DNA from: the human T2T-CHM13v2.0 reference genome, Homo sapiens
Reading direction: 5' to 3' (one strand)
Assembly: GCF_009914755.1 (NCBI RefSeq)
Contig: NC_060945.1
Length of the DNA stretch: 64,000 nt
A program made the position numbers and the translations under genes. The stretch's first letter is position 1; each line of letters starts with the position of its first letter. The notes under the pieces are model-generated. The model searched no databases, was not told the origin of the DNA, and was given only the letters and a program-made list of their open reading frames with translations. Shown here in pieces: positions 17,335-31,712 of this stretch.

Positions 17335-18321
17335 TTAATGAGCAATTAGATATTCATCAAATGCCTACTATGACAGCGCCTATGCTTAGTACTGGGGAAA
17401 TAAAGCTGAACAACAGCAGCAAAGCCAAACTCCTGTAATTACAGAGCTACAAATTCATAGTAGAGTCAGGTAATAAGCACATAGTCAAACAAAGTAAAAT
17501 TGGTGCTCTAAGTGCCATGAAAGGAAATTAATGGCTATATGAAAACTGACAATAAGAAGTCTGACCCAATCATGCAGGTCTTAGAGGGGCCTTAGGAGAA
17601 ATTCCTGAAACTGAAACCTAAGGATAATAGAAAAAATGAATGGGGTGGAAAAATGATTCAGGCAAAGTTTTCTGTAGCTGTTGTGCCTGGCTTGGTGCAT
17701 GTAGTAAGGTAAACAGAGTTGGTGTGGTTCACATAGATAGAGTTGGAAGAACAATGACAAAGAATTAATGTGGAGATGTAGCTATGCTAACAGTAACTTC
17801 AAGTTAGGGCAAACAGCTAAATATGCATTTTAAAGCATTTCACTGGCTGCAGTGTTTGAAACGGTTGTGCATATGTGTACAAGGATATAAGATGGAGAAG
17901 AAAGATGTGGGGATATGAACTATTAAGTTATTGCAGCCACCTAGGGTAAAGATGAAATGGCTAAGCCTAGTAGGCAAATATGGAGAGATGGATAGACTTG
18001 AGATGTAGTTAAGAAAATAATGATGAAGTCTAGAAAAAAGGTAAATCTGATAGTAAAAAGGGGTGATGTAAAACATGATTCTTATGTTTCTGGCTTGCAT
18101 GATTAGAAGAATGATTATATCTTTTAATGAAAAAGGGATCATTGGATCACAATCAAGTTTTCTGGAGAATATCATGAGTTCAAACTTGGTTGCATTTACT
18201 GTGCGGTGGCTGTGGATACCCACGGGGAAGTGTATATAGGTAGTTGATTGAGCTCATAAGAGAGTTCTGAGCCAGAGTAATAAACTCGCGTTTCAACAGC
18301 GTAATATTAAGCAATAGAAGC
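17335..18321 (-). mobile_element. L2 (L2a-like) 3' ~1 kb including an ORF2 C-terminal remnant
   Basis: 3' end signature TGCCTACTATG...GTACTGGGGA...TGAACAA. ORF 17840-18223(-) reads SHRTVNATKFELMIF..FSLKDIIILLIMQARNIRIMF, like the recalled L2 ORF2 segment SHRHLKLNMSKTELLIF..ISVNGTTILPVAQAKNLGVIL. Confidence 0.85.
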
Positions 18322-18590
18322 TTTGCTTTCCATAAAAGCTTATGTTTCTAAAATGTGTTTTTAAATTTGTCATAATAATCTGATAGAGCCATACAAAAAT
18401 ATTGCAAAGTTTGTGTTTTGCAATTTTGTTGTAAACAGCAATATCTGCATGACACCTTGGGAAATAAATTTAATTTAGAGCTTTTAAAAGTTGCTACAGA
18501 GCTAGCTTTATGGGAGCTTAGATAAGATAGAAATAGAGAAAAAAATCAATCTTTTGTTTAAAACTCAATGCACATAATACACAGTATTCA

Positions 18591-18935
<345 letters not shown>

Positions 18936-19049
18936 CTAAAAAAGGCTAGTTTAATCACCAGCAAAGTTGTTTGTTGTGCATGTATTTTGGTGTATGTGTG
19001 TGTGTGTCTGTCCATGTGATATAATAAACACTTATATATACACTCTAAT

Positions 19050-19287
19050 TAATACTTACATATATTATAGCACACAAAATGTTCAAGGAAATATTCTATT
19101 TGCTTTATTTATGTGAACTCCGTTAATCCTCCAAACAACCCTATAAGGTAAGTATTTTTTGTTTTCCCATTCCGCATATGAAGAGAACAATCATAGGAAA
19201 GCTAAATGGCCTTTTAAAGCCCCTCCAGCTAGTAAAGGGATAAGCTAGAAATCAAACATTGGTGACCTGCTTTAGTGTTCTGCTCTG
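19050..19287 (-). mobile_element. MIR (near full length)
   Basis: TTAATCCTCCAAACAACCCTATAAGGTAAGTA...CCCATT..CATATGAAGA...CAGCTAGTAA. Confidence 0.78.
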
Positions 19288-19339
19288 TGTACATTTCATT
19301 ATTGTTTTCCACTATTCACTCACTGCCTTCCTTGTAATA

Positions 19340-20140
19340 AGATTCCATACCCCATGGCATTGTCATGACTTGCATTGACTTCCTATGGGAGGAATACTCG
19401 CCCCCATCCCATCAGATCGTATTTGCTCATTTGATTTGTTCTGACCAATGAAATAGAAGCAGAAGTGACAGATACATTGCAAAACCGTACTCAAGGTGGC
19501 CTTGGACCAACCCAGTTTTTTCTCCCTTCTTGCTATAATATTCAAGAAAAACTAAGAATATGCTGGGAATACAACATCCCGAGCTAGGAGGGGAACTATT
19601 AAGAAGAGCCTGTGTTCTGTTCTTCTCTCTGCTAGAATAGGAGGTCCTTCAGTGCTTTAGCCTGTCTGGTCATGTTTTCCCTGAGGTACATAACCTGGGT
19701 TTGGTTGCCTTCCTTTAAGTGTTGCAAGTGGGAAGCATCCAAGTGAGACTCTATTCACCCGGGGCAGCTATCCTGAGTCCTGGGGCATTGTTTTACAGTA
19801 AATCCTAGGATTCTGTTGTCCCTTGTTGCTTATATATTGTAATAAATGCACTTTATGTAACTTGTTGCATATGAGTGTGTTCTGTCTCACTGAACTCAAG
19901 ACAAATTCATAACCAGTGCCCAGTGAACCTGCCCAACAGCCCTTTCTAACCATAGGGCTTAAGAGACATTGAGTGCATTTACCAGCTTTCTTACTTTCTC
20001 CTCCAACAACAGTATGTGACTGGCGGAGCTGCTCCTTCCACCTGGGTCCTAGAATAAGTCACATGAATAGAGACACTAACAACCAACAGCTCCTAATATA
20101 GCAAGTAAAAGGAAAATAAATGATTCTGATTTTAAGACAA
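19340..20140 (+). mobile_element. MLT1J-like MaLR LTR, split by a younger LTR
   Basis: GACCAATGAAATAGAAGCAGAAGTGACA before the insertion. GGCTTAAGAG...GCTGCTCC...CCTGGGTCC...AAATAAA...TTTTAAG after it. Confidence 0.7.
19478..19938 (+). mobile_element. Solo ERV LTR (LTR47-like, ERVL)
   Basis: TG...CA termini, AATAAA near 19840, 3' end TAACCAGTGCCCAGTGAACCTGCCCAACA. The family name is from recall. Confidence 0.65.
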
Positions 20141-20685
20141 GCATTATGAATGAGGAGAATTTAAATTAAATTTATTTTTTTCTTGTGGAGTGATAATGAA
20201 TAAAAAGCAGAGAACCACTGTTACCTACCAATGACATGCTGAAGTTTTCTGTCACCACAGTTTCACCTATAGAAACTTGACTGTTAAAAATTTTAAATAC
20301 TGTGTAATGACTCTTCATAAAAAATAAACCCACAAAACCCACCTCTTCATCCATAAGAAGAAAAGTGGTGTACTCAAGATGTTAAATGTTTTTATGCCAC
20401 CACATTTATACATAAATGTATAATATCACCACATGTAATTTTTATTTGAGTACACATTGCTTTACTGACTACATTTTCTCATTAAAACTATAACTTTTGC
20501 AGTATACTTTAGACAACTTGATATCTTCTGGTTTATTTAACGGGGAATCACTCATATAAAATATACTTAACTACTATACGTCTGACATATTTTAAATTTA
20601 ACAGTTTTATTTTACTGCAAGTTTAACAAGCGGAGAAATCTGGAAGAAACCCTCTTAAGTTAGTCTTCCAAATCAATACCATAAC

Positions 20686-20951
20686 GCTCAAGCCTGTAAT
20701 CCCAGCACTTTGGGAGGCCAAGGCAGGCGGATCACGAGGTCAGGAGATCGAGACCATCCTGGCCAACACGGTAAAATCTGGTCTCTACAAAAATACAAAA
20801 ATTAGCCGGGCATGGTGGCGGGCGCCTGTAGTCCCAGCTACTCTGGAGGCTGAGGCAGGAGAATGGCGTGAACCTGGGAGGCGGAGGTTGCAGCGAGCCG
20901 AGAGATTGCGCCACTGTACTCCAGCCTGGGTGACAGAGTGAGACTCTGTCT

Positions 20952-20982
<31 letters not shown>
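20686..20982 (+). mobile_element. AluY/Sc-mosaic, lacking the first ~14 nt, A30 tail, no clear TSD
   Basis: Starts at GCTCAAGCCTGTAATCCC. Has ATGGCGTGAACC (Y state) but GGCCAAC and GGAGGTTGCA (S states). Confidence 0.92.
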
Positions 20983-20984
<2 letters not shown>

Positions 20985-21112
20985 TACAGCATGCAATCTT
21001 TACAAATGCACTAAGTAGCCCTCCCCATAACTGCCGGGTTTTTACAGAAAATACATAACTTCATTCTAATATGAAAAAATGATTAGATAAACCTATATTG
21101 AGACACATTTTC

Positions 21113-21413
21113 TTTTTTGTTTGTTTGGTTTTTTTTTGAGACGGAGTCTCACTCCATCCCCCAGGCTGAAATGCAGTGGCGCAAACTTGCCTTACTGCAG
21201 CCTCCCTCCTCCCAGGCTCAAGTGATCTCCTGCTTCAGCCTCCAGAGTAGCTGGAACTACAGATGTGCACCACCACTGCTAGCTAATTTTCATATTTTTA
21301 GTAAAGAGGGGTTTCACCATGTTGTTCAGGCAGGAACTCCTGAGCACATGCGACCCTCCCGCCACGGCCTCCCTAATTGCTGGGATTACAGGCGTAAGCC
21401 ACTGCACCCCGCG
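21113..21413 (-). mobile_element. AluJ (AluJb-like)
   Basis: GGCTCAAGTGATC state. TSD AGACACATTTTC at 21101-21112 and 21415-21426. Confidence 0.9.
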
Positions 21414-21995
21414 AAGACACATTTTCAAACTGGCCACCACTTTTGAAAAGTATCATTGCAACGAAAGACTGGAAAGACGGAAGAGCTGTCACCACTTGAA
21501 GGAGTCTAGGGAGCTAGAATCACTGAATGCAGTGTGGAGTGCTGAATTCTGACATGTAAAAAATGAATTAGTGGAGAAATTTCTTATAGTTAATAGTATT
21601 TGTTGCAATTCTAATTTTCTGGTTTTGCTCATCATACTATGCTTATGTAAGTTATTAACTTTAGGATAAGCTGGTGAAGATTATACATACAAAGTGAACT
21701 ATTTCTGACACTTTTCTGAGTCTAAACTCATTATAAATATAATAAATGAATAAGTTTTATAGTAGCTGACACTTCTGTCTCTTAATTCTATAAAATTAAC
21801 AAGCAAAATAGGGATGTTTTCATTAAAACCTTATATTGTTTCTAAAATAGTTTGTTTTATGTTATGTAATGAACCATCCAAAGTTTATTCCCAAAAACTA
21901 TTTTTCAGGAGTTTGGGGCTCAACTATTGGTGGGTTAGACCTGCCTAGTTGATCTTTCTGTCAGGCTTTGTCCTTATCTAGCAGTTGGCTGATTA

Positions 21996-22726
<731 letters not shown>

Positions 22727-23409
22727 GTTTTCGAGATGAAAACATGGCCGTTCATACTCCAGCAGGTTAGCTCAGGCTTTTCCACGTGGTGCTCTCAGGG
22801 TTCCAAGAACTGAAAGAGGAAAAGTCCCAGTGTGCAAGAATTTATTAATCTGTATCTTAAATCATTTTTGTTAATGTCATATTGGTCAAAACAAATTGCA
22901 TAACTTTGCCCATCTCTTAATGGGAAGAGCTACAATATTATATTGCAAAGTGGTCTACATTCGGAGATAAAAAGAATATGTGGCCATTTTTCATGCAGTT
23001 CACCACAATTGCACAGTTTATCTTAGTTGTCTTTTCTTTTTACTTGATGATGTTTTCCTTTGTATTTTAAAATAATTATCTCTTTAATTCCAGGGAATAT
23101 GTCTAATGATCTTTGCATTATGTGTATCACAAGACTGGCAATTTGCAAGAATCTAGTAACTGCTAAAGAATCATTAAATTAATGGTTGATTAAATGAAAA
23201 ATGTATTAACTTTAAATTTTAAAATCATATTAACTTGGAAGACTTGACATTAAAATGTAAAATATATTATGTATGAAACTTTATTTCTATTCAATATACT
23301 ACATGTAATTCTCTATAAGTTTCTTATGCTTCGGTTTGGTCATTCATTGCTAATTTTTCCTTCTAATAAATGGTCTACTTTGGCTGTACTAACTTGTCAG
23401 TCTTCTGTG

Positions 23410-23457
23410 ATCTATGTTTACTGATTTTTCCAGAGGCATCTATGTTTACTGATTTTT
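23410..23457 (+). repeat. Perfect 20-bp direct repeat ATCTATGTTTACTGATTTTT with an 8-nt spacer
   Basis: Copies at 23410-23429 and 23438-23457. Confidence 0.95.
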
Positions 23458-23919
23458 TTAATAAAAGGGTCAAATACTATATATCTTAATTTTTTTTTTT
23501 TTACTTTTGAAATACCAATCAGAATTGCTTCTTAATGTAATTGCTCAGTTCCAAAGACATTTTTTGAATTCCTACAATGGGACAAGTGGAATATTTTGTA
23601 ATTGTTAAAATCAATTTTCTCAATCCTTTTAACAGTTGCTAGACTACCATTTGCTTGTTGTTCAGGTGTCATGTGGGCAATTTTGCTTTACTTTTAACCA
23701 TCAAATGCCTTAGATTTTGCCATCTGTTTAATATCATCTTCATCAGCTACAAAAAGAAAATTAATGAATTATTTCAAATTTGAAGAGTGAATATTAAAAG
23801 ACTACGGAGAGTAAAGCTTACAAACAAATACAATTAGGATTTCTATTAAAATTGTACTAAATTAAACTAAGGTGTATTTGTTTTTCAATATTACCATATA
23901 AATATTAATGATTTTTTAA

Positions 23920-24020
23920 AACTGAAGGACAGGTTTGTCTTTAGTAATTTCAGAAAAATACTTGATTTTGTTCATTAGTGTATATCCAGCACCTAGTTAG
24001 TGACTAATACATTATAAACA
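23920..24020 (+). mobile_element. L2 3'-end fragment
   Basis: TGAAGGACAGG...TTTTGTTCATTAGTGTATATCCAGCACCTAG. Confidence 0.55.
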
Positions 24021-25665
24021 AAAACAAAAACAAGTAATCCAGTTACATCCATGAAGTAAAATAACTGTGGCTGTCATCTCCAACAGGGCAGGTACATCTC
24101 TAGGAAATTTATCACTTTTAACTGTTTATCTCCTTCACTGACACTAAATTGTGAAAAAAATGCCTTTATTTGTAAACGTCTTCTGTCCATGCATAATTTG
24201 CCTAAGCAGACTTTAAGTGGGAGGAAAAGAATCCCTAGATTTTTTTGGATAATTTTCTAGAACATTAGGATGATTTAATTTTATTTTAATGCATTACCTC
24301 TTTTGGAGTCCCTTTTATGGTCATGGCTTATGTATTTGTGTTATGCTTCTTCAAAAGCATCAGAGGAGCACTAATTTAGGATAGCTGTAATTCTGTCATC
24401 TCTTTGAGAGCAGTAAAGAAAGTTGTGTGCTAACACAAGCTCCTTGTCCTTTGTTTCTGTGGATTCTCCACATAGGCTTTTAAAAAATCCTTTACCAGGA
24501 AAATCAATATGTAGAGTGGTCACTTCTTAGTGACTTTGTTTTTATAGGTGATAAGAGCATAATTATTTTACTCTACCTTACTAATGCCCCAGACCTTTCC
24601 ATATTTAAGATAAAAAATTAAAAATTAAATAACTTCAATTTAAAAGGAAAATATGAGAAAAAGAGAGAAAATATTTACTTTTCATTTATCTCTGTTTTTC
24701 TTCTTCATTTGTTTTCTACAACAAGTTCGTTTCTTAATAATTGATAATAACACTTGAATTAACCAATGTGCCTCTCATCAAGTTGAGAAAATAATAGAAC
24801 CATCAGTTGTTTTCAATTTCCCCTTCCTAGAATCATCAGCATTCTCTTCCTGATTAAAGCAAGCAATTCATTAATTAGTATAAACACTGGTTACCCTGAA
24901 ATTGAACAAGCTTCTAATACACAATCAAATCCAGCAATCTACTTAGAATATAACCTATAATCAAGACAGAGCCATTGTGCATAGCAAGCAAGAGATAAGC
25001 AGAAACTTGCAGCAGAAATTTGTCAAACCACACCATCAAAGATTTTAGAGTACAAACTATTTTTTCTATCAAATAATGCAGTTACAATAGCAAAATCAAA
25101 GCTACCATATTATTTAAGTAATACACAGTCTGTAGATTAGAGTAGGTAAAGAGCTTTCAACCATTTCCCAAGATATCTGTAAGACCTGTGGATCCCCCCA
25201 GGGTGTATCATAACAGCAGGAAGCATATTTGAAAAACAGTTCATCCTCTACTTTTAAAGCTCTCACCAATATGAAGTAGTACTTGAAACTATGTGTTTTT
25301 GTTCTTAACCCTATTTTCTCCTATATTTTCCTTCTACAGTTTGATTTGACCTGCATAGTAAATTTGTTTTATTTTGAAACAGTTCTAAGAAACATAGAGG
25401 ACTAAAAACTTCAGGTTTATGAACTCTCTTGGATGAATTCTCCCTTGTTTCTTTTTAATATTAATAACAAAAGAACACAACAGTTCAGTAAAATAAAATA
25501 AACCTGCTAAGTTATATTAATCTTCAAAATAATTCATATTTCTTCTATATTTCATGAGTACAGCATGGCATCTGATTATTTATGTAACAACCTTATTTTA
25601 CACCTTTATCTATGACAAGCAACATAATAGTCAATACTAATCAATTGGGGAAAAGCCGTGTGACC

Positions 25666-25822
25666 TGTGTTAGTCCGTTTTCACACCGCTATAAAGAACT
25701 ACTGAGACCGAGTAGTTTATGAAGCAAAGAGGATTAATTGACTCACAGCTCCACATGGCTGGGGAGGCCTCGGGAAACTTACAATCATGCCAGAAGCGGA
25801 AGTAGGCACCTTCTTTGCAAGG
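25666..25822 (-). mobile_element. THE1D-type LTR fragment (3' ~155 bp only)
   Basis: TGTGTTAGTCCGTTTTCACACCGCTATAAAGAACTAC...GGCTGGGGAGGCCTCGGGAAACTTACAATCATG...GGCACCTTCTT, then an abrupt end. Confidence 0.88.
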
Positions 25823-28004
25823 TACATAATTGGTCTTTACAACCCTATGCTTTATAACTACCTAAGTCACAGATTTAATGAATTGAATGAAATTGTAAGG
25901 CTAGACTCTTCAAATTTTTTTCCATGTTTGTGTTTTCACCCTTGCCTTATTTTTGTGATAATATAATTTTTGCCTGCTATATCATATCCACTCTCCATGA
26001 TGGCATCCCTGAAAGTTCTAATCTATACTGATCTCCTCTTTTGCTGGAATAGTAAAATACTTATCATATGTGCATCAATGATTAGCATAAGTCTAAATAA
26101 TTGATAATGGACAGAGGAGTTTATCTTCTCCTAAATGAGGGTACTGGCAATTGATAAGAACTCTGGTTATATTCTCTCAAGAGTTTTCCTCATCCCCATA
26201 CATGTTCAAGAGTGGAGAAAAATAACCATGCAATACACTGGGATATCTTCATTAGGTATGAATTAACAGTCTTGACTTGAGACCTCTTCTAATGAACAGA
26301 TTGGCTTAAAGCAAATATTTCACTACAATATTATTTCAAGAGCACCTAAACTTTTCATGGAGAAACCATGTCTCATACAAAACCACTGTGGGAAATTTCC
26401 TTCATCCTTTCTCAAACACTAAGATGCTATTAATTCCTTCTTCATCTCTTCCATCCATACAAAAGCTTACAAAAATAAAATAGGGTGTATTTTACTGCTT
26501 ATATCCATTATTTAGTTTTATTTACTCCTATCCTGGCTTTTAAACCTTTAAAAATCTTCCTTTGTAATATATTTGGATGATTATGGTTTTTAAACCCTAT
26601 GATAATCTTTTTTTAGCTGATTTTTAAATGTTTATTCCAAACATGTTCATTGTTCCACTTACAGGGCATTTATTTTGTTGTCATTTGATGGGAGAAACAC
26701 TGTGAGTAGGCATTACATTTTCGCCAGAGACTATAAATTTCCCCACTATAACAATACACTACATAGGAAAACATAACCATTATATCACAATAATTTTCGC
26801 TAATTTATAATTGAAAACTCCATCTTTCCTTTCCCACTGGCCCACCATCGGTCAGGAGTTTTAGTCTAACACCTAAAGCACAGTGGAGAAAACAGCTTTT
26901 TGATCGTTTCAGAAGCCATAATCATTTGCGGAAGAACTGATCCCTGAACGCAGGTCTTATCAGGTAAAGAGAAAAAGACAGTCTACTCATTTTTAAAAGC
27001 TCAAAAATAATAATTTTATGTGCCTTTTTCTCCCTATACTGAAATTTCATGTAGAATATGCTAGTGATTTCAGTTGGCAGGTTACACTTTATGAAGTGGA
27101 AGAATTTATTTATTTTTTATTTTCTCATATTGTTTCTTCTGTTACTAACTTCTGATGTTATTAAATCCCGTAATGATGTTTTTCTGCAATAGAGCCTATG
27201 GTAAGTACAGTTCTTCTGAAATTTCATGAAGAGTAGCCCATGAGCTGCTTCCTTACATACCACGCATTGAACAGTGTTACTCTCTCCTTCCTTCCTCAGG
27301 GCACTCACTCTGCATTATGTCTGAGGGGAGAAACTAGATTTGAATTTTGCTGGTCAGTAAGGAGAAAATTTCTTTTTTTCAAGAGAGCCTAAAGTCCTAA
27401 GTATTATTTACACAAGTTCGAATTATTATAGCTTGCCGTCTACAAGGTTTTAAAGTGCTTCGTGAACAAGATATTGAATTACAAACTAGACCTGTCATGA
27501 TTATGTTCCACAAAGAAATTGAGACATAAAAGACATATATACTTAAAGAATGTATCTACCCACTTTTGGGGAAAGAACTGAATTGGCAAATCACCTATAC
27601 ATGTTACTTCTTAAAATATCTTCTTTACAAAATAAATATTAAGGGTTACATTTTACTTCATATAGAAAATATACCTCCAACATTAAAATATTATGTTTTC
27701 TTTATTCTAAGCTACTCTTAAAAGTGTCTATTGTTGTCTGGAGTTAAAGTCTTCTTAACTGGAGGCCAAGGACATCCAAATGTCCTGCTAACATTAAAAT
27801 GATAGTTTTCTTTCATCTTTCCATTGGTTATGGTTTGTTTCTTGAGGAAACTTTTGTGACCTCTGTCACCATCCAATTTTCCCTTGGATATGCTACTAAC
27901 CTGATTTGGTTGCCACTCAAGCCGGATCACAGACCACCTAGCCCCCATGGCTCCTGACACAGTCCCTGTGAGAGTCCCTGCCCTCTAACAAGCATGCTGA
28001 CCCC

Positions 28005-28403
28005 AATTATTCTTGAAATTACAAAATCATAGAAATGGAGGGCAGAATAGTAATTGGCAGGAATGTGGAGGATGGGAGAAAATTAGGTGTGATTCTAAAA
28101 TGACAAAACCAGGACCCTTGAGATAATGAGACTCTTCTGTGTCTTGAATGCAGTGATAGCTACTTTAAACATACACACGTGATAAAATTATGCAGAACTA
28201 AATACTCACAGAAGCACATAAATAAATGTAAAATTGGAGAAATTTGAATAAGTTAGGTGGATTATATTAAACGCGGTTGCCTAGTTGTGATATTGTGCAC
28301 AATATCATACTGGGAGAAATTAAGTAAAGGCTTGATAAGATCTCTCTGCGATGTTTATGATAACTGCATGCAAGCCTACACAAAATAAAAACTTCAATTA
28401 AAA
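28005..28403 (+). mobile_element. L1MC/L1MD-type 3' end
   Basis: ACAAAATCATAGAAATGGAG...GTGATAAAATTATGCAGAACTAAATAC...GATCTCTCTG...AACTGCATGCAA...AAAATAAAAA. Confidence 0.8.
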
Positions 28404-29747
28404 ATTCAATAAACTTGACAAAAAGTGCATGGTACACTGTTTCACTAATGAAATATAGCACATTCACCCACAAATTTAGAATAGATGCTATAGACGTACT
28501 GTAATTGGCAAAAGTCTTATTTTAAAAACTGGATTTCAATGTTTTTCCTGTTATCTCCTGTAAACTTAAAGAATATCATATCTTATTTAGATGGAGCTGA
28601 AATGCAAGAATCTTCTGATCTGTAAACTTCAGAACTTCTGGAATGTAACGGAAAATATTAATAATGTAAATGTTACACTCAATGCACACAACAGAAAATA
28701 TGCTACAGCTGCTAATATTGAAATCATAACAACAAGATTAGTAACAACAAAAATAATTCAACATCTACTAAAAATCCTACTGTTCATTCAGAAATATGGG
28801 AATGTGGAAAAAAAATCATAAAATTTTGAAAACTCATATAGACATTGCAAAGTGCTATAGATAAGGCATTTAAATGTCACCCAATTGTTTCTTTCTATTC
28901 TATAATGTTGTTCCTTGAATAAGAACATAATTTCAACATTTCCATGTACTTGTTTCTAGATTTGCTTTGGAAATATTGTAGGTACTTGATACAAATTTTG
29001 GATGCTTAAAATTAACTCTATTTATATTATTACAGCTTTCCTGGCTACCAATATTTAAAAAAAAACATTATTTTAAACTTAGCATATCATATGGTTTTAT
29101 TCTTCCTTCGAAGTAATCAATAATGCATTAAATTTTTCATAATGATCATAATAATAACAAGAAATCATGCATTCTTCATTGGTAACAACCTGAAAATTTT
29201 TGGATTAAATGTTTTCCAACATTGTCTGATTAACTTTTTAAAAATGCTTCCACTCTTTATAATAAAAAAGCATGATATATATATTTCCTTCTCTTGACTT
29301 TTTATTTTTCTTCATCAGTAACACATATTGAACAATTTAATTTTAAAATGCTCTCAAATATTTTGCCAATACATGGAAACAGACAAAGAAAAAACATATT
29401 TTTATTAAATGTATTTTTACATGGATGAAAAAATACTCCAGGACAACCTTACATGAATGTAAATATAGTGACTCAAAAACAATAAAACAATATGAATTAA
29501 CCAAAAGGGAACTGAACATAAATTTGAGACAGGGGTCACCTGCATATATCACAAATATATATATATAATATAGTGTATAAAGTATTTCTGAAGCTCAATA
29601 AATTTCATATAAATTATTTTAATATTTTGTTTGACATGAGCCATAATGCTCATGTTTGTGATTTTTTAAATTAAAGCAATGACAGAGGAACTCACTTTTA
29701 ATTTTATTTTTAATTTAACTATTCCAATAAATAATATAGTCTAAGTC

Positions 29748-30131
29748 TGTATTAGTTTTCTAGGGCTGTTGCAATAAATTACCACAAACAGGCTTAACAC
29801 AAATTTGTTTTCTCACAATTCTGGAGACTAGAATTTTGAGATCAAGGAAGGATTGGTATACTCTGAGGCTTCTCTCCTCAGTTTAAGATGGCCATTCTGT
29901 CTCTCTGTCTTTACTTGTTCAACTCTCTGTACAACTTTGTCTCCAAATTTTCTCTTCTATAAGAACACCAGGCATATTGGATTAGAGTCTACCACAATGA
30001 CCTCATTTTAATTTAATTACCTCTGCAAAGATCTACTCTCTAAATATGGTCAAATATAGTCACATTCTGCAGTTCTGGGGGTTAGGACTTCATCATATGA
30101 ATTTTAAGTAGATACAGGTAAGGCCATAAAA
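29748..30131 (-). mobile_element. MLT1B solo LTR
   Basis: TGTATTAGTTTTCTAGGGCTG...TCTTCTATAAGAACACCAG.CATATTGGATTAG...GGGGGTTAGGACTTCA...CCATAAAA. Imperfect TSD AAGTC/GAGTC. Confidence 0.85.
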
Positions 30132-30853
30132 AGAGTCCAACACCATTCTGGTTTGACTTCCCTCCCCAACCTCCCAAAACAAAATAAAACAAAAAACTGC
30201 AACTACTAATGTATTCATGACACATCTTTCATGTCACTGAGATTCCAATTCTCCCATTTCTGATACTGCTGTATGCCCTAATTACCACCCCAGTAGAGAA
30301 CTTATGAAAACAACGGGTAGTCCAGTAAAGGGATATGTGAGATTTAACTTATTAATAATGGCTTGGAACTTTTTATTTTTTATTATTTCATTTTTTTTCC
30401 TCCAGCAATAAATCCAAACCTTTGGAACTTTTTAAGTGATACAATGTCATGTCTATGATGTTATAATTAATAAAAAGTTAATATATACATATTAATACAT
30501 CTGTGTATGTGTGTATATATATGTATATTTGAAATGTACTGCTTACATTTAAACCCTGAAGAGAATGTAAATGGTCTCATTAAATGACCTTTTATGACTG
30601 ATTAAATTATTTGGTTGAAAGAAAAAATATGTTCTATCTTATGAGGAAATTCATGAGCTATGAAGAGTCCAAGAAGGGATAAAATAAATCAATCTCTTTA
30701 GTTCACTTCAAATAAACTGTTGCTGAAAGAATGCTAAATATGGCTTCACCTTTGATGTAAGGGACTTGGCAGTGGAGATGATACCACTGAAATAGAAGAG
30801 GAATATGACAACAAAATCTGTTAGATAAAGGCAGAGACTCATGCAAGCTGCCA

Positions 30854-31156
<303 letters not shown>

Positions 31157-31235
31157 TGACAATTTGGAAGACACTGAGAGCATTCTTACTTAAATATAAT
31201 ATCATGGAAGATGTAAGAAAAAATATTTGTATTTA

Positions 31236-31712
31236 TGTATCAGTTTCTTGTTATGGCTATAACAAATTACAAAAACTCTGTGGCCTAAAACAATGTAAAT
31301 TTATCTTACAGTTCTAGAGTTTCTGTTTCCAGAGTGAGAACTTAGGTACCAATACAAAAGTGTCAGCAGAACTAATATTTTTTTTCTAGAGACTCCAGGG
31401 GATAATTCATGCTTTGTCAGCTTATAGGGGCATCTGGCATTATTTAGCTCGTTGCCCCATTGCTCCAGTCCCTGCTGCCTCCTTCACATCGCCTCTTTCA
31501 TCTGCTGTGTTCCAAAAGTGTTCTGATTCCCTCTTATATGGACACTTGTGATTAGATTTAGGGCTCGCCCAGACAACCCAGAATCATCTCCTGTTCTCAA
31601 GATCCTTTCCTTAATCATATCCACAAAGGTGTTTTTTTTTCTTTTTTGCCATATAAAGCAACCATCACAATTCCAGGAATTAGGAGCAGAATATCTGTGG
31701 GGGCCTACCACA
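31236..31712 (-). mobile_element. MLT1D-type solo LTR
   Basis: TGTATCAGTTTC...TAACAAATTAC...GACACTTGTGATTAGATTTAGGGC...TCTCAAGATCCTT..CTTAATCA...GCCTACCACA. TSD ATTTA/ATCTA. Confidence 0.85.

Larger units (their letters stand above)
20620..21750 (+). mobile_element. Old L1M (L1MC/ME-type) 3' UTR, split by two Alus
   Basis: GGAGAAATCTGG...CATAAC..TCTAAT.ATGA...AACTGGCC...TACTATG.TTATGTAAG.T.TTAAC.TTAGG..AAGCTGG...CTTTTCTG. Confidence 0.75.

Noticed and set aside
26913-26962. Possible ~50-nt exon (TTTCAG acceptor, CAG/GTAAAG donor)
   Set aside because: All three frames have stops and there are no partner exons. Such splice-like pairs are common by chance.
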